Source: Octopus sinensis | Lineage: Eukaryota | NCBI RefSeq assembly: GCF_006345805.1 | Contig: NC_043007.1 | Span: 25,482,001-25,546,000, forward strand | DNA: 64,000 nt | Reading direction: 5' to 3' | In this document: piece after piece, positions 10,639-22,780 of the stretch | Position numbering within the stretch: the stretch's first letter is position 1 | Layout of the letters: every line of letters begins with the position of its first letter | The notes under the pieces: model-generated | Databases searched by the model: none | What the model was told of the DNA's origin: nothing | The model's input: the letters and a program-made list of their open reading frames with translations, nothing else | Made by a program: the position numbers and the translations under genes

Positions 10639-11394
10639 TATATATATACTGGAGTTGATTTGTTTGGCTAAAACGCCCTTCAAGGTGGTGCCCCAACATA
10701 GCTGCTGTCCAATGAATGAAACAAGTAAAACAGATGACAAGTTCCTGGCTTTAAAGGTATCATGAAAGGCCTGGTTGGAGGCCCAACCTTCTGAGTTCTT
10801 TTATAGGGTTTAGAATAGCTGAAGGGCCGCTGTAATAAGGGTGTGAATCTGAGAGGGGAATGCATTGAATTATATCATAATTAACTGATCCTCCTGTATT
10901 TTCTTTTACCCAAAGCCAGGAACTTTTTCAGCACCCCTTTGTATATGCAACCCCGAGTACATACATACCCTACCATTCACACATGCAAATATACATGCAT
11001 ACTTATGTATATATACTTCCATATTGATATAATTTACAGTTCTAGTTTCTATGGATTGTCTTTTTTTCTCTCTCTCTTTCTTCTTGAACATTTTCTTAAC
11101 TTATGAATTTAATTTAAACTGAACATTCCTGGAATTTGCCAGCCAGACAAAAACGGTCAAAGGTTAACCTTGTTTCAACAATTCAGCTGAGGGAGGTCGC
11201 TCCCCACACCTGCCATCTCTAAGGTTTCACTTCTACCCCCTCTCTCACCCCCTCTGCATGTCTCAGTTTTGATATAGGAGAAATATAACATGCTAAGACA
11301 GGGTAGTGAATGTAATATATTTAGGAGTTAGCATTTGAGAATGTTGTGTTTTATTGGGGAGTATCAGCTTACCTTGACTATAATCCTGCTTATA

Positions 11395-11745
11395 ACCAGA
11401 TTGTACTGGGTTTAGCTCAATGAGGGAACTGTTTCATGACAAATCAGCTTGCTGGAAACAACAGCTAAACCTCCCTCAAACTATACACCCTGCTTACCTT
11501 CACTATGATCCTGTTTGTAATGAGATTGCACTGGGCTTCCCGCAATGAGGGAACCTTTTCATAACTCAGCCTGCTGGAAACAACAGCCAAATCTTCTTCA
11601 AACTACACAAACTACAGTCTTAAAATGGATGGGTAGATAAGTTGTGTACCTGAAATGGGAAAAAACAAAGCAAAATGGTTTATAGTTGAAATGTATGTGA
11701 TGATAGGACTTCTGGATCAAGGCTAACCTGGGGCTAAACATCTCC
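11395..11745 (+). mobile_element. Old abundant repeat family H (representative copy)
   Basis: CTGCTGGAAACAACAGCCAAATCTTCTTCAAA...GATCAAGGCTAACCTGGGGCTAAACA; related fragments near 21985-22200, 23860-24345, 28785-29000, 31310-31560, 32400-32595, 35455-35625, 41800-41940, 45825-46005, 49380-49920. Confidence 0.6.
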
Positions 11746-12093
11746 ATCATCATCATTATTCTCCTAAATTGCATCAGACTGATGACAGAAGACCATTTCT
11801 TTTTTTTAATAGTTTAGTTATAGAAATATGAGTAGGGCCAAGAATTGTTTTTAGGGTTTTCGTAACTACAGCTTGTTTAAATGCAGACAATTTAGCACAG
11901 CTGACTGGACGTTCTACCTGTTTTGGTGAGGGAACTTTTTGCTTTGGGGGCAAACTCTCTCATGTACATGTTTAGAAATATACACATACAAATAGAATGA
12001 GAGAGAGAAAGTGGGGGAAGCATTATATTTTACTAATTGAGCAAATTAACATAAATGCTTTCCCTTTCCTCAAACACATAAACAGATATATAT

Positions 12094-12326
12094 ATTTCTT
12101 TATTGCCCACAAGGGGCTAAACATAGAGGGGACAAACAAGGACAGACAAAGGGATTAAGTCGATTGCATCGACCCCAGTGCGAAACTGGTACTTTATTTA
12201 TCGATCCCGAAAGGATGAAAGGCAAAGTTGACCTCGGTGGAATTTGAACTCAGAACGTAACGACAGACGAAATACCGTTAAGCACTTCGCCCGGCATGCT
12301 AACGATTCTGCCAGCTCGCCACCTTA
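12094..12326 (-). mobile_element. SINE-B-long
   Basis: tRNA-like head GGTGGCGAGCTGGCAGAATCGTTAG, B box GAGTTCAAATTCC, GCCTTTCATCCTTTCGGG..CGATAAA..AGTACCAG domain, tail GTGGGCAATAAAGAAATA. Confidence 0.95.
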
Positions 12327-12668
12327 GCCAGCTCACACAGAGAGAATCAAGGAGAGGGATGGAGAGAGAGAGAGAATGAAAGACACATTAAAAGGTCCAT
12401 TGTCAAATAAGTCAACCTCGAATCAGTATTGCCAAACTAGCAGCAGCGAAACGGCTGTGCCAAAATGTCTCATACCCATCGGGAAACCGGGCCTAAATGC
12501 TTGCAAAAGCACAGAAGACAGAAGGCTGTGGTGGTTGATGCTGGTTGTCATGTTAATCTAGTTTTTGTTTTCCACCCATGAAAAGAAATGGTCCGACCAA
12601 CAGACGGCTTTTTGCACCATTTTCATTTCCCCAATTTTTCTCACAGTGCTTTAGTTAATCTGAAGATA

Positions 12669-13038
12669 GGCGCAGGAGTGGCTGTGTGGTAAGTAGCTTG
12701 CTTACCACCCACATAGTTCCGGGTTCAGTCCCACTGCGTGGCACCTTGGGCAAGTGTCTTATACTATAGCCTCAGGCCGACCAAAGCCTTGTGAGTGGAT
12801 CTGGTAGATGGAAACTGAAAGAAGCCCGTTGTATATATGTGTATGTGTTTGTCCCCCCAACATCGCTTGGCAACCGATGCTGGTGTGTTTACGTCTCCGT
12901 AACTTAGTGGTTCGGCAAAAGAGACCGATAGAATAAGTACTAGGCTTACAAAGGATAAGTCCTGGGGTCGATTTGCTCGACTAAAGGTGGTGCTCCAGCA
13001 TGGCCACAGTCAAATGACTTGAACCAAGTAAAAGAGAG
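12669..13038 (+). mobile_element. SINE-A
   Basis: Full head and tail. Confidence 0.95.
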
Positions 13039-13182
13039 TATATGCTGCCCAATGTGATTGAACCTGAGACCATGTGTTTGTGAAGAAAACTTCTTCGCCT
13101 TCCCATACACAGGCCTTTCCATCTAAATTCACCATCCACCTGGGCTCCTGAGCAAAGAAAATAAATAGTTGTATATAAAATT

Positions 13183-13585
13183 CAGGAGTGGCTGTGTGGT
13201 AAATAGCTTGCTAACCAACCACATGGTTCCGGGTTCAGTCCCACTGCGTGGCATCTTGGGCAAGTGTCTTCTGCTATAGCCCCGGGCCGACCAATGCCTT
13301 GTGAGTGGATTTGGTAGACGGAAACTGAAAGAAGCCTGTCGTATATATGTATATATATATGCGTGTGTATGTTTGTGTGTCTGTGTTTGTCCCCCTAGCA
13401 TTGCTTGACAACCGATGCTGCTGTGTTTACGTCCCCGTCACTTAGTGGTTCGGCAAAAGAGACACCGATAGAATAAGTACTGGGCTTACAAAGAATAAGT
13501 CCTGGGGTCGATTTGCTCGACTAAAGGCGGTGCGCCAGCATGGCCGCAGTCAAATGACTGAAACAAGTAAAAGAGTAAAGAGAGA
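13183..13585 (+). mobile_element. SINE-A
   Basis: Full head and tail. Confidence 0.95.
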
Positions 13586-14084
13586 GTAACGATTGCAAGC
13601 AAACCAATGGACAGAATTAGCTGCATCTTCTTTTCCTGTGTTTGTTGTTCATTATGATTTTACCGGGAATCCAGCAGAGATGACGTCTAAGCTATTCCCT
13701 CTGTAGCTGGAACGCAGTATGAGAGGGTCAAACGACAAAACCACGCTTGCATCCATAGTTTCCGTTTGATCAGGGCACACAAAGAGATAAGTGACGGTAT
13801 AATATTGGGTGTGGTGGTGGTGGTGGTGGTGGTTTAAAGCTGTAACTGAGGGAAACCGGGGTTTAAAACCCCCTGGTCCCTCCCACCATCCTTATCCCTT
13901 CGTAAGCCTGTCTGTCTCTTTTATCTGTGCGGAATTATAAAGTCAGGTTTTATAAATTATTTTCTTTTCTTTTTTTTTTTTTTGCCTTGCTCCTCCCCCA
14001 GGGCACCTGTTGTTTATACATTTCAATTATAATCCAGATCAGATTAAGCTGAGGATTAATCAATTTTCCTCTTCATAATAATCA

Positions 14085-14112
14085 TCATCATCATCATTCT
14101 TTCATTTCTTCT

Positions 14113-14156
<44 letters not shown>

Positions 14157-14222
14157 TCCTTCTTTCCTTCTTTCTTTCTTTCCTTCCTTCCTTCCTTCCT
14201 TCCTTCCTTCCTTCCTTCCTTC

Positions 14223-14265
<43 letters not shown>

Positions 14266-14331
14266 TCCTTCTTTCCTTCTTTCTTTCCTTTTCTTTTCTT
14301 TCTTTCCTTCTTTCCTTTTCTTTCTTCTTCC

Positions 14332-14362
<31 letters not shown>

Positions 14363-14365
14363 CTA
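14085..14365. repeat. (CTTT)n/(CCTT)n and (CAT)n microsatellite
   Basis: Direct reading. Confidence 0.95.
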
Positions 14366-15210
14366 TCATGATCCTTCTCACCCTTTTTTTCCTTTTTTTC
14401 CTTTATTTTTTTTCTCCTTCTCTTTCACCATTCCAGCATGTGGAAATTGTTTTGTCTCTCACTTTGCATTCCTCTTGTCTTTTCAAAGTTTGTGCCTTCC
14501 CCTGCCGGCCTTTGTTCAACTCTCCGCGCCATCAATAGCTGCTTGCACATTTGCATTGATGTGATTCTTGCATCAATATATTGGGTTGCAACAAAAGTGC
14601 ATACTGTTCTTTTCATGTAAAATTCAAAAGCAGCATTTAGATATTGGTACGTGGTTTTATCCAACCACATATGTCCCATTTTGTTGCTCTCCCTTTCACC
14701 ATCTTTGAGCTACTTCATGATCCAACCTTCCCCGAACTTGGCATTTTTCTGGGTCATGAGCTGGTCCAAGTGGCTTTTTATAGTCTTCCAAAGAACTGAA
14801 GGTCTTCCCATTTAGAGAATTTCATATGAATTGAAATAAATGGTAATCTGAAGATGTATTCCAGGTGAATATGGTACATATGGTAGGATATCCCAGTCGA
14901 GCTGTACCAATTTCTGTTAGGTTTGCTTGGAAATATGAGCTCTAAAATTGTTTTGAAGAAAGACTACACTCCTCTGACTGATCCATTCTGGATGTTTTTG
15001 ATTGATTGCCTCCTTTGATTGGTCTAATTAGGAACAATAATTATCTGAATTCAATGTTTGATTTTTTTTTTTTTTGGAAGGAACTCATAATGCACAATAC
15101 CATTTCTAATCCAACCACATATTGAGCATCACCTTCAGATACTGACCAGCTTTTGGAACAATTAAAAACGGTTTATTTCATTTTCTTCAGGACCTTTTTC
15201 ACTCTATATT

Positions 15211-15543
15211 CATCATCATCATCATCATCACCATCATCAACATCATCAACATCATCAACATCTTCTTCTTCTTCTTCTTCTTCTTCTTCTTTTTCTTCTT
15301 TTGCTTCTTCTTCTTATTCTTCTTCTTCTTCTTCTTCTTACTATTATCATCATCATCACCATCATCAACATCATCATCATCATCATCTTCTTCTTCTTTT
15401 TCTTCTTCTTCTCCTCCTCCTCCTTTCTGTGCTGGTATGGGTTAGACTGTTTAACCGAAACTAGTAAGCTGAAAGAGCTACACCAGGTTCCAATCTGATT
15501 TGGCATGGTTTTCTATGACTGGTTGCCCTTCCTAACACCAACC
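15211..15543 (-). mobile_element. Family C 3' fragment with expanded (GAT/GAA)n tail
   Basis: GCCCTTCCTAACACCAACC and CTGATTTGGCATGG domain; tail expanded to about 210 bp; interrupts the mariner. Confidence 0.75.
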
Positions 15544-15750
15544 ATTTTTCATCACTTGGGACCATTCTTTTAAAAATGGGTTTTTATTGTGTTTAAGCAG
15601 AGAATCACAGATGAAGATGCAATCCATTAAGTTTTTCCATTCAATCATGATGCACTCAGACATTATCAGAAATCCATATATCCAAGCATTTTCAAATGCT
15701 TTATAATGTTCATATGAGATATATGAAGTATCTCTATAAAGTCTTGTGTC

Positions 15751-16170
15751 GTGTAGGAGTGGCTGTGTGGTAAGTAGCTTGTTTACCAACCACATGGTTC
15801 CAGGTTTAGCCCCACTGCGTGGCACCTTGGGCAAGTGACTTCTACTATAGCCTCGGGCCGACCAAAGCCTTGTGAGTGGATTTGGTAGACGGAAACTGAA
15901 AGAAGCCCGTCGTATATATGTATATATATATATGTATGTGTGTGCATTTGTGTGTCTGTGTTTGTCCCCCTAGCATTGCTTGACAACCGATGCTGGTGTG
16001 TTTATGTCCCCGTCACTTAGCGGTTCGGCAAAAAGAGACTAATAGAATAAGTACTGGGCTTACAAAGAATAAGTCCTGGGGTCAGAGTTGCTCGATTAAA
16101 GGCGGTGCTCCAGGATGGCCGCAGTCAAATGACTGAAACAAATAAAAGAGAGTAAAAAATAGAAAGAGAG
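15751..16170 (+). mobile_element. SINE-A nested in mariner
   Basis: Full head and tail. Confidence 0.95.
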
Positions 16171-16333
16171 TGTGGACCTGGACCATTCTTGGTTAGTGTG
16201 TTGATTCAGTCATCATCAACAGCTTAGGCCTGCCAGAAGAACGTCTGTGGTCTTCCTTATCAACGTTTCCAGTCCTAATCTGAGCAAACCACTTACAAAC
16301 AGTCCTTTTGGCTATGGCGCAACCTTCATAAAC

Positions 16334-16548
16334 TCTCTCTTTTACTCTTTTACTTGTTTCAGTCATTTGACTGCGGTCATGCTGGAGCACCGCCTTTAGT
16401 CGAGCAACTCGACCCCGGGACTTATTCTTTGTAAGCCCAGTACTTATTCTATCGGTGTCACTTTTGCCGAACCGCTAAGTGACGGGGGACGTAAACACAC
16501 CAGCATTGGTTGTCAAGCAATGCTAGAGGGACAAACACAGACACACAA

Positions 16549-16595
<47 letters not shown>

Positions 16596-16787
16596 CATAT
16601 ATATATATACATATATACGACAGGCTTCTTTCAGTTTCCATCTACCAAATCCACTCACAAGACTTTGGTTGGCCCGAAGCTATAGCAGAAGACACTTACC
16701 CAAGATGCCACGCAGTGGGACTGAACCTGGAACCATGTGGTTGGTTAGCAAGCTACTTACCACACAGCCACTCCTGCCTGTACATAT
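16334..16787 (-). mobile_element. SINE-A nested in mariner
   Basis: Full head and tail, inverted relative to 15751-16170. Confidence 0.95.
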
Positions 16788-17076
16788 CATTTTTTTTTTT
16801 TTTCTGTTTGTACAAAGTTTTCCTTTTCTGAAAAAAAAAAAAAAAATAGCAACAAATGACAAAAGTGTATTTCATTCTCCTCTATTCTTCCTTTTAACAT
16901 TAATCAGTTGAAGTAATCTATCCCCACAGTAATCAATATGGCAAGACCTGTTGAAATGTCACCTTTCGGAAGATATATGTGCATGCCATATGCTTCTGTC
17001 ATGTGATAAATGGAATCCTGTGTTTAAGCACCATCAGTTGAAAGCCAGTATGAACTTTTGTTCCAACGCAATACAT

Positions 17077-17215
17077 TGTGGTAGTAGTGGTGGCGGTGGT
17101 AGTGTTGGTGGTAGTAGTAGTGGTAGTGGTAGTAGTAGTAGTGGTATTAGTAGTAGTAGTAATAGTAGTAGTAGTAGTGGTAGTAGTAGTAGCAGCAGTA
17201 GTAGTAGTAGTAGTT
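17077..17215. repeat. (TAG/TGG)n microsatellite
   Basis: Direct reading. Confidence 0.95.
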
Positions 17216-17257
17216 ACTGGTTAAATGTATTGCTTATTCATTCACATTGTCACATTT

Positions 17258-17463
17258 GTCCCCCAAGATCGCTTGACAACTGATGCTGGTGTGTTTATGT
17301 CCCCGTAACTTAGCGGTTCAGCAAAAGAGACTGGTAGAATAAGTACTAGGCTTACAAAGAATAAGTCCTGGGGTCGATTTCCTCAACTAAAGGCGGTGCT
17401 GCAGCATGGCCAGAACTTTGTGGTTGGTAAGCAAGCTACTTACCACACAGCCACTCCTACGCC
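17258..17463. mobile_element. SINE-A 3' part (+) fused to a SINE-A head (-)
   Basis: ...GGCGGTGCTGCAGCATGGCC joined to AGAACTTTGTGGTTGGTAAGCAAGCTACTTACCACACAGCCACTCCT. Confidence 0.75.
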
Positions 17464-18674
17464 TTGTAAATTTTTTGTTGTGTTGCCGTTTAACCCCTGG
17501 TCATTCTTGATCCTGCAGACTTATAAAAGCAGAGATTTTTTTTCTATCATGATCATACCATGTTTTGTATTTGTTCACTGTGCATCTTGGACTACATTAT
17601 CCAATGTGCATTTTCCATTTTTCTTACAAAAGTAGGGTATGATTTAAAGGAGATTTGGCTGCTATTTCTTGTGGCTTGCGTGCTTGCATAGAAGCTCCTT
17701 TTGAACTCAGTAATAAAATTCTGGGGATAAAATACACAGTAGAAGAAGATAACATAGATAAGAAGTACCAGACAGAATATAGCAGGGGAGGTATGTGTGG
17801 TGCGAAAGCAGATACCCATGGACGCCTGCTGCATCAATAGTAATTTGTAAAGTGTAGTGTGCACTAACATAATGCAGTGAGCCAAAAGATTTTAATTAAT
17901 TTTTTTTTAAAATTACACCCGGAGTGAGAAGATCCAATTATCTTAATGACTGATTCTGGTCAAATGATTGATTCCGATTATTATGAGTGTAAGTTTAATT
18001 AATTAAATTTTCTCAGTTCATTACATTAACTATGCCCAGTGTCCACTTTGCTGTATGTATTATAATAATAGCTTCCTAATTGAGTATAAAGCTTTGTGTG
18101 CTGTAGTTGTGTGTGGGGGTGGGGTGGATGGGGTGGTGGTTTCTTGAATAATGTTATCAACACACATCACACTCTCTTGGTGACTACCCAACCTGTCTGT
18201 ATGTCTGTCTGTGTATCTGTCTGTGTGTGTGTGTGTGTCTCTGTCTGTCTGTCTCTTTAGGTGCCATTAGTATCCTCTTCTCTTAGTGTACCCTGCTGTT
18301 ACTCCTTCAAGCCTTCACTGCTTCTTTCACTTTTACTTCTCGCCTCCCCCCCTCCCGATGCCCTCCCCCACCTCCTCCACCATTGCTCTGCTGTTTTCTT
18401 CATTATACTCTCTCGCTTCTTTCTCCCCCATCACAACCAGTTCATACATTGCATTCATCTTTCTCTTCTCTGCACTATGCTGGTTATATTTCCTTGAATG
18501 AAAGGAGTCGCTGTAGAATACTGAAGACCCCTTTGTTTTGCTAGAGTACTTAGCAACCTCACTAGTGCTGATGCCATCGTAAAATGCACGCAGTACACTC
18601 TGTAAAGGGGTTTGTGAGCTTTGAAGATATGGTTTAAAAATTTGAAACACTATCAACAAATTAAGGCAGAGGGT

Positions 18675-19085
18675 AAGTCGATTATATTGATTTCCAATTT
18701 TGGCACAAGGCCAGCAGTTTTAGGGGAAGAGTATGTCGATTGCATCGCCCCCAATGCTCAACTGGTGCTTATTTTATCGACCCCAAAAGGATGTAAAGCA
18801 AAGTTGACCTCAGCGGAATTTGAACTCAGAACCTAAAGTCAGATGAAATACCTATTTCTTTACTACCCACAAGGGGCTAAACACAGAGAGGACAAACAGG
18901 GACAGACAAACGGATTAAGTCAATTATATCGACCCCAGTGCGTAACTGAAACTTATTTAATCGACCCCGAAAGGATGAAAGGCAAAGTCGATCTCGGCGG
19001 AATTTGAACTCAGAACGTAACGGCATACGAAATACCGGTAAGCATTTTGCCCGGCATGCTAACAATTCTGCCAGCTTGCCGCCTC
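18675..19085 (-). mobile_element. SINE-B-long followed by a headless B copy
   Basis: Junction AGATGAAATACCTATTTCTTTAC at 18841-18863; further degenerate B fragment at 19090-19240. Confidence 0.9.
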
Positions 19086-19853
19086 TACCAGCTCGCTGCC
19101 TTGGTAAGTCAATTACATTGACCCCAATGCTTAGTTTGTACTTATGTTATTGACCCCAAAGCTCAGCTGGTACTTATTTTATTGACCCCACAAGGGTGAA
19201 AGGTAAAGTCAACTTTAGTGGTATTTGAACTTGGAGTCTGAAAATCTAGAAAAAAGGGTCACTAAAGATTTTGTCTGATGTGTGAATGATTCTGCAAGCA
19301 AGCTTGCTGTCTCTCCTATTAAAGATATAACTATCTTTCTAGTGTTGGTATCACAGTCAAATGCATTCTTTACACTCTGTACCATGGTTGGTATTTGGAA
19401 GCACTTCCAGTTGTAGACATCATGCCAAAAACAGAATACGTGAGAAATGATCCTCTGCATTGTCTAAGAATATGGGAGCCCTGGACATGAACTTAGATGG
19501 CGACAACCCTGTCCACTCCATACCAAGGTAGAAAGCAGATGTAAGATGGTAATGATACAATATGTATAGGCATAGGCATGGCTGTGGTTTCAAGAAGCTT
19601 GCTTTGCAACCATTTGGTTTTGGGTTCAGTCCCTCTGCTCTGTACTTAGAGCAAGTGTGCCATGGGCCAACCAATGCCTTGTAAGTAAGTTTGATAAATG
19701 GGTAATGTGTTGAAGCCTGCCACATGTGTGTGTTTGTTCCTTCCCTCATCATCATTTGACAACCAATGTTGGTTTGTTTACATCCCTGTAATGTAGCGAT
19801 TTGGTAGAAGACACTGATAGGCTAAGTACCAGACTTCCTCATGTTATTTTAAT

Positions 19854-20250
19854 TAGTGGCTGTGTGGTAAGTAGCTTGTGTACCAACCACATGGTTCTGG
19901 GTTCAGTCCCACTGCATGGCACCTTGGGCAAGTGTCTTCTAATATAGCCTCGGGTTGACCAAAGCCTAGTAAGTGGATTTGGTAAACAGAAACTGAAAGA
20001 AGCCCATTGTGTATATGTATATATATATATATGTGTGTATGTGTGTGTGTGTGTTTGTGTTTGTTTCCCCCACCATCGCTTGACAATCAATGCTGGTGTG
20101 GTTACGTACCCGTAACTTAGCGATTCGGCAAAAGTGACCGATAGAATAAGTACTAGGCTTACAAAGAATAAGTCCTGGGGTCGATTTGTTCACCGAAAGG
20201 CGGTGCTTCAGCATGGCCACAGTCAAATGACTGAAACAAGTAAAAGAGTA
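19854..20250 (+). mobile_element. SINE-A (older degenerate copy at 19565-19840)
   Basis: Head slightly truncated, full tail. Confidence 0.9.
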
Positions 20251-20346
20251 TAATATTTATTTATTTATAAAAAATCTTTGTAACCGAGGAGATGAGGCAG
20301 GTGAAGTCGTTGTGTTGCTCTACCGCTCTTTTATTCCTTTTCACAG

Positions 20347-20382
20347 CATACTGGAGTGAGCAAGAGTTTATCTTGAAGTCAG
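20347..20382 (+). CDS. Weak candidate 36-nt host exon
   Basis: Strong acceptor CTCTTTTATTCCTTTTCACAG, donor CAG|GTCAGA; only the phase 1-1 frame is open (xYWSEQEFILKS). Confidence 0.25.
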
Positions 20383-20789
20383 GTCAGAGTGTTTGAAGCT
20401 CAAGAGATAAGGCTTAGCTTATATGGAACTCCACTAAAATATGTATGATGAGAATAAAATGCATTCTTTCTTTTCTGAGGCAAAAATATTCTGCTTTTTC
20501 AATTTATAGCTTGCACACCGAATACGTCTCTGAAGTTGTGTATATACCATTATTACTTTTAACCTTTTGAAGATGAGCGTGGCGATAGATCAGCCTTCTG
20601 CCGTTTCTCTGCTAGAAAGAAGTCTGCGTTGATTGATCTCTTCAAGAATCCACACACACACACTTATATATGCAGCTGGTATGATAAGATGCACCTAATA
20701 CAAGTGTGTATATATATACACATATGTATAGTGTGCGTGTGTGTATTCTTGAGGAGCTAAATTGGTGCATATAGATACACGCATGCATG

Positions 20790-20848
<59 letters not shown>

Positions 20849-20894
20849 CAATTATAATGTCCATGTTCCATGCTGGCTTGAGTTGGACTCATAC

Positions 20895-20929
<35 letters not shown>

Positions 20930-21046
20930 TACACGCACGCACGCACGCATGCATGCAGGCTTAGAGTGTGGATTGGAAATTTCAGTGCCTTACAGAGAGG
21001 CATTGATTAGACCTTCCACTTCCCACAATAAATCCTTATTCAACTA

Positions 21047-21092
<46 letters not shown>

Positions 21093-21113
21093 ACAGAGAG
21101 AGAGAGAGAGAAT

Positions 21114-21147
<34 letters not shown>

Positions 21148-21635
21148 TTTGTGCCTTATTTTTTTTTGTCTGTCAAGTTTCAGATATTCATATTACAAAA
21201 TTTTTAATATAACCATCTTTATACCTTTTTTTTCTTTTTTTGAAAATCTCATAAAAATGGTTCTGTTCTGTTCCATGAGGAGGCATGGATAGGATTCATT
21301 CTGTTTGTAAGACCTAGCTTCCCAATATCTGGATCGGTAGTTCATTCTCTACCTTTCTTAGTCTACCCCTATTTCCCCTGCTACATCTGTATTATTGCAC
21401 CGCCAACATATGGTACTTCCACAGTCTTTCTCTGCCACATCTATGTTCCCCATATAACCATATGGTACTTAATCATTACCCAACATATGGTGGTTTGTTT
21501 CTGTTAATACAATGCAAAAAAGAGGCATTGAAAAACAAAGTCTGTTATATGTATTGTGAAAGCATTAGAAAGATAAATTATGGAACCAAGGTATATTTTT
21601 AAACATGTTTACAAAGGAAACTTACCTGTATTGAT

Positions 21636-21961
21636 GTGAGGGCACGTGGCTTAGTGGTTAGGGCATTCGGCTCATGATCGTAAGGTTGTGAGTTTGATTC
21701 CCGGCGACGCGTTGTGTCCTTGAGCAAGACACTTTATTTCACGTTGCTCCAGTCCACTCAGCTGGCAAAAATGAGTTGTACTTGTATTTCAAAGGGTCAG
21801 CCTTGTCACTCTCTGTGTCACGCTGATTATCCCCGAGAACTACGTTAAGGGTACACGTGTCTGTGGAATGCTCAGCCATTTGCACGTTAATTTCACGAGC
21901 GGGCTGTTCCGTTGATCGTATCAGCTGGGACCCTCGTCGTCGTAACCGGCGGAGTCTTTTT
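21636..21961 (+). mobile_element. SINE D head + tail 1, with TSD
   Basis: 14-bp TSD TTACCTGTATTGAT at 21622-21635 and 21962-21975; tail 1 GAACTACGTTAAGGGTACACGTGTC...CGTAACCGGCGGAGTC. Confidence 0.95.
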
Positions 21962-22242
21962 TTACCTGTATTGATCCTAAATAAACTCTGATGCTGGGAG
22001 ACGAAACAGTTGTGAATGAGAAGTAAAGGAGAAATAGTTTAGAAAACACCTTTTGATTAGAGGTCTGTTAGATGAGGTTATGGTTGGAACACCCTTAGTT
22101 AGGTTTAACCTAGCAATATCGTGTGTGATACGAGCTGCTGAGTGAGCATCTATGTGGCTTTTTTGACATGCTAGAAATAGCGATTAAATCCCACTGAAAT
22201 CTTTAAAAGAAACAAATTGAAAAGCAAAACATGCTCGGTGAA

Positions 22243-22585
22243 TCATTATCATCTTCATCGTTTAACGTCCGTTTCCCATGCTAGCATGTGTTGGATGGTT
22301 CAACCAGGGTCTGGAAGGCCAGGAGGCTACACCAGGCTCCAGTCTGATCTGGCAGTGTTTCTACAGCTGGATGCCCTTCCTAATGCCAACCACTCCGTGA
22401 GTGTAGTGGGTGCTTTTTACGTGCCACCGGCAGGCTGGTAAACGGCCATGATCGGTTGGTGCTTTTACGAGTCACCGACATGGACGCCAGTCATGCGGCG
22501 CTGGCATCTGCCATGTTCGGACGGTGCTTTTTACGTGTTATTGGCATGGGTATCTTAACTACAATTTCCATTTGATTTATATTTT
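22243..22585 (-). mobile_element. Family C element
   Basis: CATCGTTTAACGTCCG at one end, ACAATTTCCATTTGATTT at the other. Confidence 0.9.
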
Positions 22586-22780
22586 GAAGTTGGTGTTGAC
22601 GTTGAATGTAGTCCCCAATATACAAGAAGATGGAATGGTCAAGTCTGGAACTCTTTTGATCATAGGTTTATGAGTCAGAGCTGACCCGTAGCTAAACAAT
22701 AACAGTCAAACCTGTAAAGGAATCTGTATGTAGTTATTTTTATCTGCTAGGATTGAAACTAGACCCTTTTTTTTTTTTCA

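Larger units (their letters stand above)
14579..17073 (-). mobile_element. Decayed full-length mariner transposon split by three SINE insertions
   Basis: TIRs TATTGGGTTGCAACAAAAGTGCATACTG (14579) and CAGTATGAACTTTTGTTCCAACGCAATA (to 17073); transposase pieces in order on minus strand: EIHFCHLLLFFFRKGK (~16800-16880), VYEGCAIAKRTVCKWFAQIRTGN...SGRP (16171-16333), KNLMDCIFICDSLLKHN.NPFLK (15541-15750), KVML...QKLVQLDWDILPYVPYSPG..SDYHLF...QNGTY (14670-15210); about 1.29 kb after removing insertions. Confidence 0.9.

Noticed and set aside
13664-13706. 43-nt minus-strand exon (YRGNSLDVISAGFP)
   Set aside because: Splice signals are modest, and the strand is opposite to the best exon candidate
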